DNA of 605 bases from a phage. Below the pieces are notes generated by a model. The model ran no database searches and had not been told where the DNA came from. It saw only the letters and a program-made list of their open reading frames with translations. Location: sequence record KM389308.1; one strand, given 5' to 3'. Both the position numbers and the translations under genes were made by a program. Positions 1-605 of this stretch are shown here, piece after piece; within the stretch, counting starts at the first letter, position 1, and each line of letters opens with the position of its first letter.

Positions 1-6
1 AACACC

Positions 7-12
7 AGGGAG
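7..12 (+). promoter_or_regulatory. Candidate Shine-Dalgarno (AGGGAG) for the ATG at 23
   Basis: AGGGAG read directly from the sequence; the 10-nt spacer to the ATG is at the long end of the functional range. If the ORF really continues upstream, this is just internal coding sequence. Confidence 0.3.
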
Positions 13-22
13 CACCACCAAC

Positions 23-286
23 ATGCGCATCAGCAACATCGAATGGCTGAAGAAACGGATCGAGTTCATCAGGAAGCTCGGAAAACAGACCGCACGACAG
101 AGACAGATCATTGACCTGCTCGACAACGAGGACAGACTCACAGAACAGGAACGCAAACTTCTCCACGTACTGGCAACAGCCGAAAAAAACGACTTACAGG
201 CACAGGAGAGCGAACGAAAACAGGCGATCCAGAAACGAATCGAGGGGAAGAAACAACGACGGGAACGCAATCACCGGCTCTTCTAG
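23..286 (+). CDS. Hypothetical small basic, predicted all-helical protein (87 aa from first ATG). May instead be the C-terminal part of a longer protein starting upstream of the window, for example the last gene of a mob/accessory operon reading toward oriV.
   Basis: Uninterrupted frame from ATG at 23 to TAG at 284-286; the same frame has no stop back to nt 2. AGGGAG at 7-12 lies 10 nt upstream of the ATG. The coding strand is purine-rich and T-poor. The product is rich in K/R/E/Q with amphipathic-helix periodicity (e.g. IEWLKKRIEFIRKL) and a very basic C-terminus (KRIEGKKQRRERNHRLF). No similarity to the Rop sequence (MTKQEKTALNMARFIRSQ...) that I can see. Function is not assignable from sequence alone. 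Confidence 0.6.
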   Translation: MRISNIEWLKKRIEFIRKLGKQTARQRQIIDLLDNEDRLTEQERKLLHVLATAEKNDLQAQESERKQAIQKRIEGKKQRRERNHRLF

Positions 287-340
287 CAGCGGGGCTACTG
301 ATCGAAGCAGGACTGGTGGACACAAAAACAGGCGAGCTAT

Positions 341-380
341 GCTATAAAAAAGATATGATATTACAAAGACTTAAACCCAT
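341..380. other. AT-rich intergenic block between the ORF and the replicon-homologous segment
   Basis: Direct count: 10 G/C in the 40 nt gctataaaaaagatatgatattacaaagacttaaacccat, against roughly 50-60% GC in the flanks. Contains A6 and TATA-like runs. No convincing -35/-10 pair with correct spacing on either strand. Confidence 0.5.
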
Positions 381-412
381 TGAGCACGATCTAGACACAT
401 GCCCAAACCCAG

Positions 413-605
413 ACGCGTAAGTGTTCCCGTTCACGTTCCGGTGCCCTGGTGCTTCCTCGCTCATTCGCTCGCTACGCTCGGTCATGAGACTGCGGCGAGC
501 ACTACCACCTCAATCATGCGGTAAGCCGCACCATTGCTGGGCTGAGAGGAGAAAACCGCCGGAAAGCCCGCTGCTCAAAAAGACGCCGAAAGGCGCTGTT
601 ATCTG
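413..605. other. ColE1/pMB1-family plasmid replicon segment: region immediately downstream of oriV, truncated by the window edge (oriV, RNA II and RNA I expected beyond nt 605, RNA II on the minus strand)
   Basis: By-eye alignment to the recalled pBR322/pUC top strand (cttcctcgctcactgactcgctgcgctcggtcgttcggctgcggcgagcggtatcagctcactcaaaggcggtaatacgg...). Window 451-463 gcttcctcgctca matches 13/13; the next 20 nt match about 16/20; ctgcggcgagc is identical; tgcggtaa and the ggaaag...caaaag...aaagg pattern are retained. Further left, gcgtaag (415-421) also matches. Orientation is the pBR322 top strand, i.e. antisense to RNA II, so a fork from oriV would enter from the right. Confidence 0.75.
451..540. 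other. Putative primosome assembly site (PriA/factor Y n-prime-type pas) homolog, with stem-loops at 476-500 and 511-536
   Basis: Stem gctcg (476-480) pairs with cgagc (496-500) around a 15-nt loop. The recalled pBR322 homolog has cgctcg / 15-nt loop / cgagcg at the same place, so the stem is conserved while the loop sequence differs. A second imperfect hairpin is caat-ca-tgcgg-taag-ccgca-cc-attg (511-536). Assignment as pas rests on my recollection that the pBR322 L-strand factor Y site maps about 150 bp downstream of oriV. Confidence 0.4.

Noticed and set aside
138-323. - strand ORF, 61 aa, antisense to the main ORF
   Set aside because: P/V/S/R-rich low-complexity translation typical of the antisense frame of a purine-rich gene; no start context.
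287-340. Rho-independent terminator after the ORF stop
   Set aside because: No GC-rich hairpin followed by a T-run on the + strand; only 3-bp stems are available.
111-347. + strand ORF, 78 aa, overlapping the main ORF in another frame
   Set aside because: Low-complexity R/N/S/T-rich product with no hydrophobic core and no plausible RBS; it is explained by the purine-rich composition of the 23..286 frame. Overlapping genes do occur in ColE1 mob regions, so this is not absolutely excluded, but nothing supports it.
317-348. Possible sigma70 promoter (TGGACA at 317-322 with TATAAA at 343-348)
   Set aside because: The spacer is about 20 nt, outside the functional 16-18 range; no better -35/-10 pair found on either strand.
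340-380. Possible XerCD (cer/dif-like) site or IHF site in the AT-rich block
   Set aside because: No 11-bp arms resembling GGTGCGYAYAA or TTATGKTAAAT with a 6-8 bp spacer, and no WATCAANNNNTTR match.
390-418. Palindromic hexamers TCTAGA (390-395) and ACGCGT (413-418) near the start of the replicon homology, as a possible cloning junction
   Set aside because: Several palindromic hexamers are expected by chance in 600 bp, and the flanking sequence has no vector-like polylinker.
415-429. gcgtaagtgttcccg, resembling the MOBQ (RSF1010-type) oriT nick core taagtgcgccct
   Set aside because: Only a partial match, the G/C nick dinucleotide context is lost, there is no adjacent inverted repeat, and gcgtaag also occurs at the homologous position of pBR322 where it is not an oriT.
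399-524. Short + strand ORF (41 aa, ATG 399 to TAA 522-524) across the ori-downstream region
   Set aside because: Lies in a segment conserved as non-coding DNA in pBR322; no RBS; product looks like random P/V/T/S-rich sequence.
584-595. cgcc-GAAA-ggcg mini-hairpin
   Set aside because: A 4-bp stem is too short to interpret on its own; it may simply be part of the conserved ori-proximal sequence.

Overview
This 605-bp window reads as a fragment of a ColE1/pMB1-family (RNA-primed) small plasmid. Left part: one convincing + strand ORF (23..286, 87 aa from the first ATG, frame open back to the window edge) encoding a highly charged, predicted helical protein that I do not recognise as Rop/Rom or any named family. 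Middle (287..~412): non-coding spacer with an AT-rich block of about 25% GC. Right part (~413..605): sequence I recognise as homologous to the pBR322/pUC segment just downstream of oriV, including a conserved stem-loop where the primosome assembly site lies. oriV, RNA II and RNA I would lie beyond the right edge, with RNA II on the minus strand. I see no rRNA, tRNA, CRISPR, IS ends or tandem repeats. I cannot support a novel multi-gene system from 605 bp; the main open question is the identity of the small ORF sitting where ColE1-type plasmids usually carry rop or the 3' end of the mob operon. All homology statements are from a recalled reference sequence and by-eye alignment, so they need confirming by a real search.
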